Origin: the human T2T-CHM13v2.0 reference genome, Homo sapiens
Direction: 5' to 3' (one strand)
Assembly (NCBI RefSeq): GCF_009914755.1
Contig: NC_060930.1
Length of the DNA: 64,000 bases
Within the stretch, counting starts at the first letter, position 1; each line of letters begins with the position of its first letter. A program made the translations under genes and the position numbers. Under the pieces are notes generated by a model. The model had not been told where the DNA came from. It searched no databases and was given only the letters and a program-made list of their open reading frames with translations. This document shows, piece by piece, positions 1 to 12,709 of the stretch.

Positions 1-540
1 TTGTCAATCTCACAAAAATGTCTGTTGGAATTTTGATAGGAATTTCATCGAATCTTTAGATCATTTAGAGAAAATCGCCATCTCAATAGTATTGAGTTAG
101 GATGGAATTTATATTTATATCAGAGCTTGGCAAACTTTTTTCTGAAAGGGCTAGGTAGTGAAGAATTATTTTTGTAAGCCCTGCAGTCTCTGCCACAGCT
201 ATTCAACTCGGCTATTGTGGTGAGAAAGTAGTGTGGACAATGGGCTGTGTTCCAGTAACTATTTACGAAAGCTGGAGGCCGGACCCTGGGCCTCTGACTT
301 GATCATCTTTAATTCCTTTCAGCAGTGTTTTATAGTTTTTAGAGTACAAGTCTTGCACTTCTTTAATGAAATTTATTTCTAAGTATTTTATTCTTCTTAA
401 CGATATTGTGAATGGGATTGCTTTTTAAATTTCATTTTCAGATTGTTTATTCCTAGTACATATAAATATGATTGATTTTCATATGACGATCTTGTATCTT
501 GTGGCCTTGCTAAAGTTGTTTATTAGTTCTAGAAGGCTTT
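1..540 (-). mobile_element. Old L1 (L1M-type) ORF2-region fragment, antisense, interrupted by MER58A
   Basis: Typical antisense L1 text: 'ttggaattttgataggaatt..gaatct..agatc', 'cagtgttttatagtttt..gtacaagtctt', 'tattgtgaatgggattg..ttttaaatttcattttcagattgt'. Confidence 0.8.
121..300 (+). mobile_element. MER58A-like hAT-Charlie MITE nested in L1
   Basis: 'cagagcttggcaaactttttctgaaaggg..gtctctgccacagctattcaactc..gggctgtgttccagtaac' follows the MER58A consensus. Confidence 0.75.
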
Positions 541-3329
541 CAGGAACCTTTCCTTTGTCCTTGTGCGTTCTGAAACCTCACATTGTGTACCTTGGTGTGG
601 ATCTACTTTCATCCATTGCATGGGCTGACTTTCTTGTCATCTGTAAAAAAACTAACAGTAAAATTCCTTTCTTGAGTTTAGGGCATTTGTTTTGTGGCCT
701 CGTCTTTGTAAGGAAGGAGAAAGAGCATTGTTATGTTATTATACCTGTATTGAAACTATCATAGGAAAAATTTTCAACAATAATAGGTGTGTTAAAACTT
801 TAATAATACAAATTATCTGTGGATTTCATTTCTTATGCCTGTGGCATAAATATATCAACAGCATTATGAGCAGATTTGTTTTCTTAAAAAAAAAAAGTGG
901 GATTAAAGCACATAGCACATGTCATTTTTCTGTTGCCCTGTGCATGAAAATTGCTTGGTGGATTCTGCATAGTGAGTCCCTTAACAGCATGTTTCAACCC
1001 TGCATTTCTTTCATTTTCCTTCTGGTTTACATTACTGATTTCCTCTCTCCCCTTCTCCCAGTAATAGCCAGCTGGGAAAGGCCTTGTTAAAGTGAAGGAA
1101 TGGAAGAGTCTTTAGTAAGGTAATGTAGTCGTGCTAATAACTTCAGGCACAGCAGGTTTCATAAGGGGTTGTTCTAGTGTCGGGATTCATGGCAGGTGCT
1201 GTGGAGTAAACCACGATTCAACCTCTGGACTTAAGTATGTACATTTGGTTGCACTTCTCCATCTTATTTTTTTATTAACCAGTTTATTCATTTCTAAGCA
1301 GCATTTATTGAACACCTGCTGTGTGCTGTTTCCTAGAAATGCAAAGGAAAGTTAGTCCCTGTTAAGGGGCCAGCATTACATTTTGGATAGACAGAAATAG
1401 TTTCTTATGTTGCCACCCAGCTGAGCTTGAGGAACAGGCTGCGACTCGGCAGAGCAGCTGGCTTGATCAGCAGCTGGTTCCACCATATGTGCAGGCTTCA
1501 CACTCCCACAGTGGACAGTCCTGACCTGGACTGGCCCTCAGGCCAGTGTCCTCCAAGTCCATCAGAGCATTCTGGGTGGAGTCATTGGGAATCTTGGGCT
1601 GTCTTCTAGCTTATTCCAGGTCTTCCTCACTATTGGGGATATGTTAGGGGAGAAAGAGCTGCTGCCCGAGTCAGGCCTTGCTGAACCTATAAGATTGCTT
1701 TGTCACTTTTTCCCTTCTCTGTTTCGAATGCTCTCCTTACCTTTACTCAATTGCCAGGAATGAGAACATTCCTTAGTAGTGTTTAGGTTTTCCTCAACCT
1801 ATTAGATACCTATTTTCCTCTTTCATTTATAAGCTCGTATAGTACTGGGACCACATACAGTATTTTCCTATAACTGTGAAATCAGCAGCAGACCAGCATT
1901 CCGTACATTTTTATAATACATGAAAATTTTTCAAACCACAAACCAGAGAAAAGTATCTCTTACAGGGTTAAAGAAAGAAAGAAAGAAAGAAATTGGCCTC
2001 CTTGGAGAGGTCAACAATTTATTAATGAAATCACATCTTAACATGAAAATAACAAAATGAACATCTTTCTACAAAGAGGATGAATTATCTTTTTCAGTGT
2101 CCTTGAAGAGAACAACTAGAGGAGTCGTGCGGGCTGCAGCATGGGGGCCTTAGATAAGATATAAGGAAGACCCTCTAGCTGGTGGAGAGTGCGGAAGCTT
2201 GAACTGAGTTATGAAGAGTATGTTAGAGTTTTGAAATTTACTGAGTAGATTTTCATTTCTTGGAGGCATTTTAAATACAGTCCTCTTGAAAGGAATAGAT
2301 ATGTGGAACATCCTTGGAAAAGTCCATTTTAATCTCAAGTACTAGTCAAATCTATTTAAAAGCAAAAAGAGGAGAAAAAAATCTGCTTTTAATAGTTAAT
2401 TTTTGTGTAGTTGTATTAGGATGCAAACTGAACTTGTGCTCTTCATCTTCAACAACTGTCTGTTAAGCCTACATCATTTGAAAAAGTAAAAACAGAATTC
2501 TGAGAGCACGGTTAGCAAGGTGGTTGGTTGGTGATGTGCATACTTTTTATTTGTTTCTTCATTTTATGTTAATACTAGTTTAAAGTTAACTTAGTCCGGG
2601 CACTATACTAGTCTTACCTGCGTATTATAATTTACTTGCTATTTTGCTCATTGGCTTCTAACTAAAACTAGACCAGCTCAGCACCTTGCTTCAGACTATA
2701 TCTCCAATCGATTTTCTGTTCTGACTTTTTAAAGACCCCCTGGTCTTTCCATTTATCTGTTTCATCCCCATTAACACTGATGGACACACCTCTAATTCTC
2801 AACCCAGTGTTACCTTCTATAGCCATGTCTCTCTAAGTACTCCTGTGAAAACCAGTCCTATAACCTTTGGTATTTGTCAGAAATTATTTGATAAGCACTA
2901 GGAGATATCTTTTTTTCTTTCAATAAATGGAGGCATTAAAAGTCCATTCATTGGAAGTTTTTTTTTTAATGTAAGCATCATTAGCTTTTTTTATTTATTT
3001 AATTTGAACTTATATAACATAAAGACCTCTTCATAGCCATACTTTTTTTGAAAAAAAGAATTTTTTTTCAAAAATAGTTTATCAACCTCTGTCTGGATTC
3101 TTCCCATGTCTATAATGCTTCCACTGTAGGAGAATCAATTTTATCCTTATTTTTAACATACCTCAATAACTCTGTGGTGTGTGGCCCTTAGCAGGACAGA
3201 CCTGCCTCTTTTTTCTGATCTTTGCAGACTTCTGAAGCTCATTTCTTACACACAACACCTGTGTAGTTCTTTCTTTTCAACGGCGATGGGTAATGCGTAG
3301 CTCTCTGAATGCTCCTTCTCTCTTTGCCT

Positions 3330-3680
3330 TGGTAACTTTACACATGCCACTCCTGGCTGTAGTGCCTTCCCCATTCCCTTAATTTCTACTCATCCTTGAA
3401 GATTTAATTTGCTTCTCATCTGCAAAGTCTTCACAGATCCTGCCTCTGCCCCTCCTTTTCCATTCCTATCCCCAACTCCAGGCCAACATGAAACCTTTAT
3501 TTGTATTTCTGAAATGCTCTGTGTACCTCTCTCCGGTGCCATTGTCATGCCTGTGTCATTTCTTGGTCTCCTTCCTGTTGCCCCCACTAGATGCTGAGCT
3601 CCTTAAAGGCAAGAGCCATGTCTTAGTCAGCTCTATATTCCCAGGCTTAGCTCTGAAAACATAATAAATGTTTAGTGGAA
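3330..3680 (+). mobile_element. L2 3' end fragment
   Basis: 'cccactagatgctgagctccttaaaggcaagagccatgtc..ataataaatgtttagtggaa' resembles the L2 3' terminus. Confidence 0.6.
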
Positions 3681-3849
3681 GAAGATAAGGAAATATGTTG
3701 TATACCTCATTGGAAGTTTTGTTTGTTTGTTATTCCCTAGGCTTGTTTCAGTTTCACATCAACCCAGAGGATATGAGACTTCATAATGGTCCTGATGGCA
3801 CCCAGCCATCCACTGAGAGCTCATTCTCAGGCATGCTGGCAAAGTGACT

Positions 3850-4005
3850 CAGTGATTTTCAAACCTGGGGAGCTGGATAAAAATGCCTGTTTCCTTCCAG
3901 AGAGTCGAATGCAAGGCTGTGTGTGGTGCCTGGGATCTGTAGACTGAAGCAGCACCCCTGGTGATTCTGGTGCAGGAAGTTGTTACCCACCTCTGAGAAG
4001 CACTG
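3850..4005. mobile_element. MER5-like hAT-Charlie MITE
   Basis: Ends 'cagtgattttcaaac' and 'tgagaagcactg' are inverted termini; internal 'ggtgattctggtgcag'. Confidence 0.55.
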
Positions 4006-7000
4006 AGTTGGGAATGGAGCCCATTTGGAGTCAGCAGCCCATGCTGGCTCTTCTATGGATTCCTTGAACCCATGAGCACATGGGCACCTCGGCCTTATGC
4101 TGCAGTGACTTCTCTCTTTACTAGCACAGCCTGTGCAGGAATGATAAGAGGCACATATTCTTCAGTTCGTGCAACAGATGTCCTCCTGAGACATTGAATA
4201 CAAATTAAAGTTTTATAGATGGACCATGGGATACCAGCAGTGAATTATTCTGTAAGTTGAATAGTCACTTCCCGATTTATTGGTTGTTGAGCCCTCCATT
4301 TTTAAGAATTAGTTTGTTTAAATTAGATTAAATGTTTCTATCTGTGGTTTACATTTTTTGACTGTATGAATTTAATAATTTATTTTTTATTTTTATTTAT
4401 TTATTTATTGCCACAGGTGGTTACCCATTCTTAACCAATCCTTAAATGGGCATTTTAAGGTTTCAGTAACAACATTTTACTGCAGTTGGAGAATGACTTT
4501 CAAAGCTTCAGAAGCCCTAATCTAGGGGCCATTTCATTTCTAAGGAGGTTCATGATCATTGCCCAAGTAATTTCTCATTGTAATATCTAGAGTCCTACAA
4601 GCTTATGAGCTAACAACATTTGCCCATGAGGTTTTAGATGCTGAAATAAGATACAATAGGTCTGAAATGTTAATAAAATATTCTTCAGTGATCTCCTTTC
4701 TTAGTCAACGTTGCTATATCCTCTTCCTGTGTCAACTCCTCAGAATGTGGGCTTTCCATACTGACAGTACCCCCACCATGCTACATGTTATAGGTGAACA
4801 ATCTAATTTTTTCCAGTAGCTTCCACTCTCTTCTGTGGATAAATGTTAGTTTGATGATGATAATGATAGTCATAAGTTTTATTATCATCATTACTGTTCT
4901 TATTCTTCTTCTCTGGACCTCTGTGTTTCCTATCAGTAAAATAAATGTGGTCAGACCAAAAGATGATTTCTAAGATGACTTATGCCTTACCATTTTATGG
5001 TTCTATGATTCTAGATATACATTTTGATGATTATAGATGCTCATTACCTTAAGAAAGTTATCAGAAGGGAATGATGAACTATGTTTCAAAACATTTATTT
5101 TCTTAATAACATGGCTAACTTCAGAATGTCATTAAATAGAATATATATTGGTGCAACGTTTATTATTCATTTTCCTGACTGAGAGGCTGAGGCCAGTAGT
5201 AAAAACTTATAGCCACCAAATATCAGAGTTGGAAGGGACCTGAGAGAGCATCTTGTCTGTCCCTGCTTTCAGAAAGTGGTGATATTCTCAACCCAAGAGT
5301 TATGGTGACATGTTATATACATCAAGATAAACTCTTTTAAGAGCTTCAGTGTCATGGAAACTCTTTGTGTCAGCAACATCAAAGCCCATGATTTTCTAAG
5401 TGGCATTTCTCATTCTACGATGCACTGCAAAATAATATTGCCAAACCGTGAAAGATTACACATCTGTAGTACCAGGGTTAGCTCAAGATTTCAGAGCATG
5501 CCAATTAGATATTTTTTCCCTTGGCTGGTAAAAGTAAAAAAAAAAAAAAGAAAGAAAAAAAGTTAGCCATATAATGAAAGAAAAGGAGAATTTGTGTGAC
5601 GGTGATGTTGTATCTTATTACAATAATCGAATTCCCTTTAATATTTTCATCAAGTGCTTCATATTTAGGGAAAGAATTATTTAAGGATAATCCATAATAT
5701 TATAGAAAGAATACTTATGTTTTAAAATATAATTCGACCAGAAATCTTTGAATCTGTTTCAAAGAGGGCCATTTCATTCATAAAAGGTAATGACACTATT
5801 CTAATGCCAGTGTTTGATTGTTCATTTTTTTCCTGTGTCTGCAGAATGGATTACAGATTCCTTGCATAATCAGCAATCCATTTTGTTTTCTAACAATTAG
5901 CCGGTTATTCATACTTTCACAAGAATGCGATGCTAGCATGCTGTGGTCTGTTTCTGATCTTACACAGGAAAATGACAGTGAGATAAGAGTAGAAAGATGA
6001 TTTCATTTGTCTTTACAGGGTAATGTATGGGAGATGTTCCTGGATAGTCATATCCTTTTGGAATGATGAAGTTTAAGGATTTCCGTATCTGGAATTTGTA
6101 TCCATATAACACAGATGTGTATATGACTTGGCATACCATAACTCCCTTTTCCAGCTGTTATGTGACGGGTAAATTTTGAAAATGTATCTTCCTGCCAATC
6201 TCAGTTTACCGGATTCTGGTCATTTCAAGCCTGATGAGATTTGGGTTCTTGAAAAGGGCTCGAGACTGACATGAATCCCTTACACAGATGTCTTCACAGA
6301 AACCAGTGTTTAGCCATTGCCACTTCCAGCGACTGTTTCTTGGGACCACTTGGTGGCAGGCCCACAGTCAGCCTCCCAGCTCGCACTTCCTGCTGTTTTC
6401 CCTCATGCAGCTATCATCACTCACCACTTGCTTGGTCCACCGAGGTTCCTGTCCTGTGCGTTGCTGCACTGCCTTGACCCCACTCGGTTCTCACTACCTC
6501 ACAGCAGAACCGGCCTGTCTCCCATTGTGCGGAGCCCCGCCCCACACTTCATATCCCTGCTGTGTGTCCTTCAGCGGGTGACAGTAGCTAATCCCTCCGC
6601 TGGATACCTTCTTGATTTTCTCTCTAAACAGCTGCAGAGAGCTGAGAAAACTCCTTCTCCCACTGCAGCATGTCATGATCCAGTACTTAGCTGTTAGTTG
6701 CCACCCCAGCAAGTCTCAGACCCTCTGCCAGGCTCTGGAATTTAGTTGTGTAGAATGTTCTGTACACTGCCCTCGGCATCTCTTAAAGGAACTGGGTTTC
6801 TGTCAGTCAGGATGACTCGCTTCAAGTGTCAATGGATAATGTCTCATGAAAAAATTAAAGGCGATGGAAAAATATGCGGTCATTGCTTCTAAAAAGATAA
6901 GGTTTGGATTTGGAGTAGGAAATATATAAGAATGAACAGAGCTTTTACAACTTTTCTTTTTCCTTTAAGGGAGCTAGATTTCTAATCAGTGTTTTTCAAT

Positions 7001-7029
7001 ATAGTTTAATGGCTTACTTTGTGGGTTTA

Positions 7030-7255
7030 GGATTTTGAGGTTCTGCATCTGAATTCTAGTTTTGTCATTTGTCATTTGTGTGCCCTTACACAAGATACTT
7101 ACCTCTCTGAGTCTCATTCTTCTCATCTCAAAAATAGGAATAATACTGGTACTGACCTTGAAGAGTTGTAAAAATTAAAAAGTGATGGATGCAGAGCACT
7201 TAGAATAGTTTCTGACACAATAAAACTTCAATGAGTAGTAGACTTCATTATTATC
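7030..7255 (+). mobile_element. MIR SINE
   Basis: Core 'acttacctctctgagtctcattcttctcatctcaaaaataggaataatac..agcacttagaatagtttctgacaca'. Confidence 0.75.
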
Positions 7256-7336
7256 TATTTTATTATTAATATTATTGTTCACAACACCATTCCAAAAGGA
7301 GTTAATTTTTGATAAAGAAGCAGAATTTCTTTAATA

Positions 7337-7635
7337 CAGTTGGCCCTCCATACCTGCAGGTTCTGCATCCGCAGACTCAACCAAGTGTGGATCAAAAATA
7401 TTCAGGAAAAAAAATGCAAGTAAAAAACAATACAGTATAGCAACTATTTACATAGCATTTACATGGTATTATGTTTTATAAGTAGACGTAGAGATGATTT
7501 AAAGTGTACAAGAGAATGCGCATAGATTATATGCAAATACTATGCCATTTTATATGAGGGACTTGAGCATCTTCAGGTTTTGGTATTTGCAGGGTGTCCT
7601 GGAACCAGTCCCCTGCAGATATTGAGGGATGACTA
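7337..7635. mobile_element. MER2 (TcMar-Tigger) MITE, apparently complete
   Basis: TA-flanked inverted termini 'cagttggccctccata' and 'attgagggatgacta'; internal 'actatttacatagcattta', 'gggacttgagcatc'. Confidence 0.85.
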
Positions 7636-8324
7636 TACACTACCCAATTTCAGCTCTACACCAAACTCGTATTTCCAGATGTATACATGTTAAGTATCAT
7701 CATTACATAATGGAAAAAAGAATAAGAGTAATATTCAGATCATTTTATTTTCTCCTCTGTAATTTTTTATTAGAATAACTAGTAACTATATGTAAGGCTC
7801 AAAGTGGATTTGTTCCGTATAGTTTGTGTAGTTCTGTATAGCGCATGGGACTGGGTTTGTTGCTACTAAACTGAAAAACAAAGTTGGAATCTAAGTCCTG
7901 TGTTTATTAAAAATTCCAAGAAAAACAAGGCTTTCTTTTTCATCTAACTTTTCTAGAAAATAGACAAATCAATGAGATCCTATAAGTATCATTGTCCTGG
8001 AAGAAGGTGAGTGGAAAGTAAAGAGACTCAATTTTTTTATCTTTTTAATATGTGTTCATGATACAAAATTGAGCACTCTGAATTTTCGCAGACCTTTCTC
8101 CCTTTGCTGTATTAACCTCAAGTACCTTTGAATAGTCTTGGTACAGGTATATTCTATTTATAACAGCCAGTCTATTATCTGGTTCTCTTCCTCTTCCTGT
8201 GTTCCTTTCTTCCTGCTCTTACTGATCAGAAAAGGCTTTCTAAGCTAGAGTGTGAGAGTTACATGTTAACAATAAGTGAACCCCACTGAGGGGTTTCAGC
8301 CACTGAGAGACTGACCCAGAAGCA

Positions 8325-8340
8325 GCAGTAGAGGGCGCTC
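8325..8340 (+). promoter_or_regulatory. Candidate CTCF site
   Basis: GCAGTAGAGGGCGC matches 13/14 positions of CCASYAGRKGGCRS, lies in unique sequence and retains its CpG. Confidence 0.55.
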
Positions 8341-9053
8341 GGCCCCTCATTTCATAATAGTGGAGCCTGCACCAAACGTCTTTCATTTGAGGAGCTAAAA
8401 ATGAATTGCACGTATTAATTAAGTCTTGCCGAGGCCTTGTTAGTGATCCGGTGCTAAGCGCCTAAAATAAGTAGATCTTATTTTAATCTTGGGGAAACTG
8501 GGTATAAGAGGGAATTTCCTGAGACTCCATAGCAAGAGTCAGAATTTCAGCAAAAACCCAGGAATCCTTCTCTTACCTTTTCTTGCTCTGGCTAATATCC
8601 CAACTAGCCCTTCATTTACGAAGAACCAAAGGGAAACTCCAGGACTTTTAATTTCCTCTTGAATAATTCCTTTAATGAAGGACATATGAGATTTTTGCTT
8701 GAAGTAAATGTTACCAGCAACACTGTACCACCTATTTTAAAATTAATCCCTTTTGTTAGATAGCTATTCTAGTGGCTCTTTGCTTTTAACCAACAAAGGC
8801 CCTTAAGAAAAGGAAAATGAAAAATAAATAGCAGTCCTGGAATCCTATTGCCTAGTGTAGGCAGATCATATTCTGTATGATCTTGTTGGCTCATATTATG
8901 TGGTGATTAGAGCTGGGCTTCAATCAGCTGGATGATTCCCCAAGGCAGGGTCTTGTCCCACCAGTGCACATGGTGCGCCCCGTCTGACACCAGGGCGACT
9001 TGAGAATTGAGCCCAGGGAAGCTGCAGTGTGGTGCAGCAGATGCGTACTGGTG

Positions 9054-9067
9054 GTTGCCATGGAGAT
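9054..9067. promoter_or_regulatory. Candidate RFX X-box
   Basis: GTTGCCATGGAGAT; one perfect GTTGCCATGG half, compared with GTTGCCATGG(C/A)(A/G)AC. Confidence 0.4.
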
Positions 9068-9289
9068 CGCTAATACTGCTGAAACCCAAAGAAAGGGCAT
9101 TTGCCACAGCTCAGGAGCCTGCCTGAAAATGAATGAGAAACAAGTGGAATTCAGAATAGTCCCCCAGCTCCTTATCCCACATGGAGTTTTAATTTCCTTT
9201 TCTCCTCCTCTTACTCTTCCTTTTTCAAAGAATAGATTGAAAACAAGGCTGTGTTATAAAGCATGCTCAGCCCCCTCCGACCTCATTGC

Positions 9290-9740
9290 TGCCTGACATA
9301 TCCCTGGAATAGATGTATATTAATGACGACGCATGACTAATAGGATTGGGGCTGGGGGCTGGTGTAGTGGTGCTTCTGGAGCCTGTGGGCCGCATGTCAC
9401 TGGGGTTTAGCAGGCACGCTGGGATTTGTCTGCAGCATATGCGCTGCTGTTAATGATTGAAAAATTACCACAACAATTAGTCATGGATCGCTGAAGGCAG
9501 GGCCCCCAAATGTGATGGACAATGTGATTAAATCCATGTATGTGACAATTAACTCTCCTGCAGGTTTATCCACCAAGGAGGGTGCCCTAGGGGTGAGAGC
9601 AAAGGGGAATGAGAAGGAGGAAAAATGGGAAAACAAAAAGGAGCAGGAGAGAATAATGCTGCAGAATGGATCAGATACAGCTGGCACTATTGGTTTTAAT
9701 CTGATCCTGAATTAATCACGGTTTGATTAATCCTGGTTTT
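9290..9740. promoter_or_regulatory. Candidate enhancer rich in homeodomain/TALE/HNF1-like motifs
   Basis: No recognisable repeat; GTTAATGATTGAA 9449, TGATTAAAT 9525, TGTCA 9395, TGACA 9543, ATTAATCA-n5-TGATTAAT 9711-9731. Confidence 0.35.
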
Positions 9741-10426
9741 ATTGCACCTTTCTGTTGCCCATTTATTTATATCTTCCTTAATTTTATAGAAGCATGACTG
9801 ATTAAATTCTGCCCATTCTGTGTTTTTTAAATTTTAAAATCAGGTCTCTCCATTTAATGTGATGTCCTAGGTGGTCCAAGGTGCAATTATCTCGTAAGAG
9901 CTTAGCAGGCACCAGACATAGCATGTCATGAATCCCCTTATGTATCACAGCTGAGTAACCCAGAATAAATATTTGTTTGCTCAATATTCTGCCTAAGTAA
10001 AAAGAAGCCTTGTGATGTCAGTCTGCTTGTTTATTTGGGTGGAAGAAATAAGAATACACACCCCCGCAACTTTGTTAAATACAGAGAGCACACATTCAGT
10101 ATATGTCACACACAAAATTTTGTGCATAAAGAAAAAGTGTGTTAATATTTGGATGAAGTATCTGCAAATATATATTCATGGCCTAAAAGGGTAATGTTTG
10201 CAGTCCATAGATATGTTCATACGTGGAATTATTTTTAACCAGTTTGTATTGTTCTTGTTTTGTTCTCGTTTAGATGTTACTTTTGGTGTTATCTATATTT
10301 GCATACCAAACACTACATTTAAATAATGCCAAGGAGGTTGTGACACGAATCAGCACAAGCAAAACCTCATGCTTTGTAACTCACGCATGTTGGATACACT
10401 GTGTGCATTAAGAATACCCTGCTCCT

Positions 10427-10785
<359 letters not shown>

Positions 10786-11574
10786 TTAGAAAACATTGAA
10801 TTATATTTACATACATTGTTTTTCTTCTTACAGCATTCCTGAGGGTTGTTCCATTGTTCTTGTTTAGGGTGAATTTGGTAGAAGACTCAGTTTTTTATTT
10901 GCAGGCTAAATTGGATTATCTTTGTTACTTGCATTTTTACCTGATCTACCCAGGCATATAAGGATAGATTTGTTTGTGATGTAGGCAGCGGTGTCTTTCA
11001 ATATAGTAGAAAAAGAAAATAATCAGCATAAGCAAAGATCTCAGTGCACAGGCCACACAGAATGGACGCCGCCCTGCTGGATACCTTTACACCCTTGCAT
11101 CCCTAGCTGCTGATATCACTGTGTTTTTAGAACACCACTCCAGAAACCCAGTCTATCCATGAATGATTTAGGAACCTCAGGATCCCTCCTGTTACCAAAT
11201 TTGTGCTCTCCATGTAGCCTCCCAATAACCAGCCCTTCAGTTCTGTGAAGGCAGGAAAACACATCATTCATGAATGTCCTTCATACCCATCAAACTAAAG
11301 GACTGCATACTTCTCGAGCCATCATCACATTTCCGTTATCTCCAATGGCACATGCCGCTGTCTACATGTATTAATTTCTGCTGGGGCTTCAGTAACCAGG
11401 GCCAGCCAGCACGGTTTGTTCATTTGTTTGTTCATTAATGCATTATTTCATTTATTTATTATTGACATATGTTGGGCAGTGTACCGGGTACTTGAAGTGG
11501 AGATGAAGGTGGGACACAGGGAGACTCACAGTCCCAAATTTTATGCTGAAGGTGTGTTGTAGAGATAAGATATA

Positions 11575-12233
11575 CAGTCATGCATCACTTAACAACAGGG
11601 ATGCATTCTGAGAAACATGTTGTTAGGCAATTTTGTCGTTGTGTGAACATCATAGAGTGTATTTACACAAACCTAGATTGTGTAGCCTACTACACACCTA
11701 GGCTGTATGGTATGGTCTGTTGCTCCTAGGCTACAAACATGTACAGCACTTTACTGAATACCGTAGGCAATTGTAATGTGACGGTACATTTTTGTATATC
11801 TGAGCATATCTAAACATAGAAAAGGTACAATAAAAATACAGTACTGTTTTTTTTTTTTTTTTTTTTTGAGACAGTCTCACTCTGTCGCCCCGGCTGGAGT
11901 GCAGTGGCATGATCTCTGTTCACTGCAACCTCTTCCTCCTGGATTAAAGCAGTTCTCTACCTCAGCCTCCTGGGTAGCTGGGATTACAGGCACCCGCCAC
12001 CACGCCCAGCTAATTTTTATATTTTTAGTAGAGATGGGATTTCACCATGCTGGCCAGGCTGGTCTTGAACTCCTGACCTCGTGATCCACCCACCTCGGCC
12101 TCCCAAAGTACTGGGATTACAGGCATGAGCCACCACGCCGGTGCCCAGCCCAGTACTGTCATCTTACAGGACCACTGTCATATATAAGTAGTCTGCCATT
12201 TACCAAAACATTGTTACTTGGTGAACGACAGTG
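11575..12233 (-). mobile_element. Tigger3a (MER7-type) MITE interrupted by an Alu
   Basis: TA-cagtcatgcatcacttaacaacagggat..; 'gcctactacacacctaggct'; resumes after the Alu with 'atcttacaggaccactgtcatata'. Confidence 0.85.
11847..12150 (-). mobile_element. AluS (Sg-like), full length, antisense
   Basis: Poly-T then Alu body; 'gacctcgtgatcc' 2-bp deletion; TSD CAGTACTG on both sides. Confidence 0.92.
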
Positions 12234-12709
12234 TACAGGAAGAACCATATACAAGGTGGAAATTGACAAGTACCACAAGAGGAAAACTAAATGAAAGGAT
12301 ATGATTGTTTGCAGATAGGAGAAATGACTTCTCCGTGGGTACTGGGGAAGGTTTTGTGGCATCTGACTTAGTCTTTGAAGAGGTTCCCAATTCACTCATA
12401 GCCAATGGTTGAAAGACTAGATTTCTTGGACAGTTCTCGAAAAGAGTTGGATATGCAGGCTTGAAGAGAAGTATATTTTAGGCACGTGCAAGAATGTGGG
12501 CGTAGTACTACTTTGGACATAACAAAGAAACAACTTGATTTGAATGTATGATGTAGAAAGAGCCTTTTGGAGCCAGATTACGGAGGACCTTAAATGCTCA
12601 GCCAAGGAGTTTAGACTTCCTTTTATAGTCAGTGAGTTGAGGGATAATAAAAGAGGACAGATGAGAAGACGTTGCATGAAGCATGTGCGTTTCAGACTAG
12701 GACTCTCCC

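Noticed and set aside
5820-6030. Polypyrimidine-AG acceptors (tgtgtctgcag, gtctttacag) as exon starts
   Set aside because: No convincing paired donor or protein-like frame; such pseudo-sites are abundant in introns.
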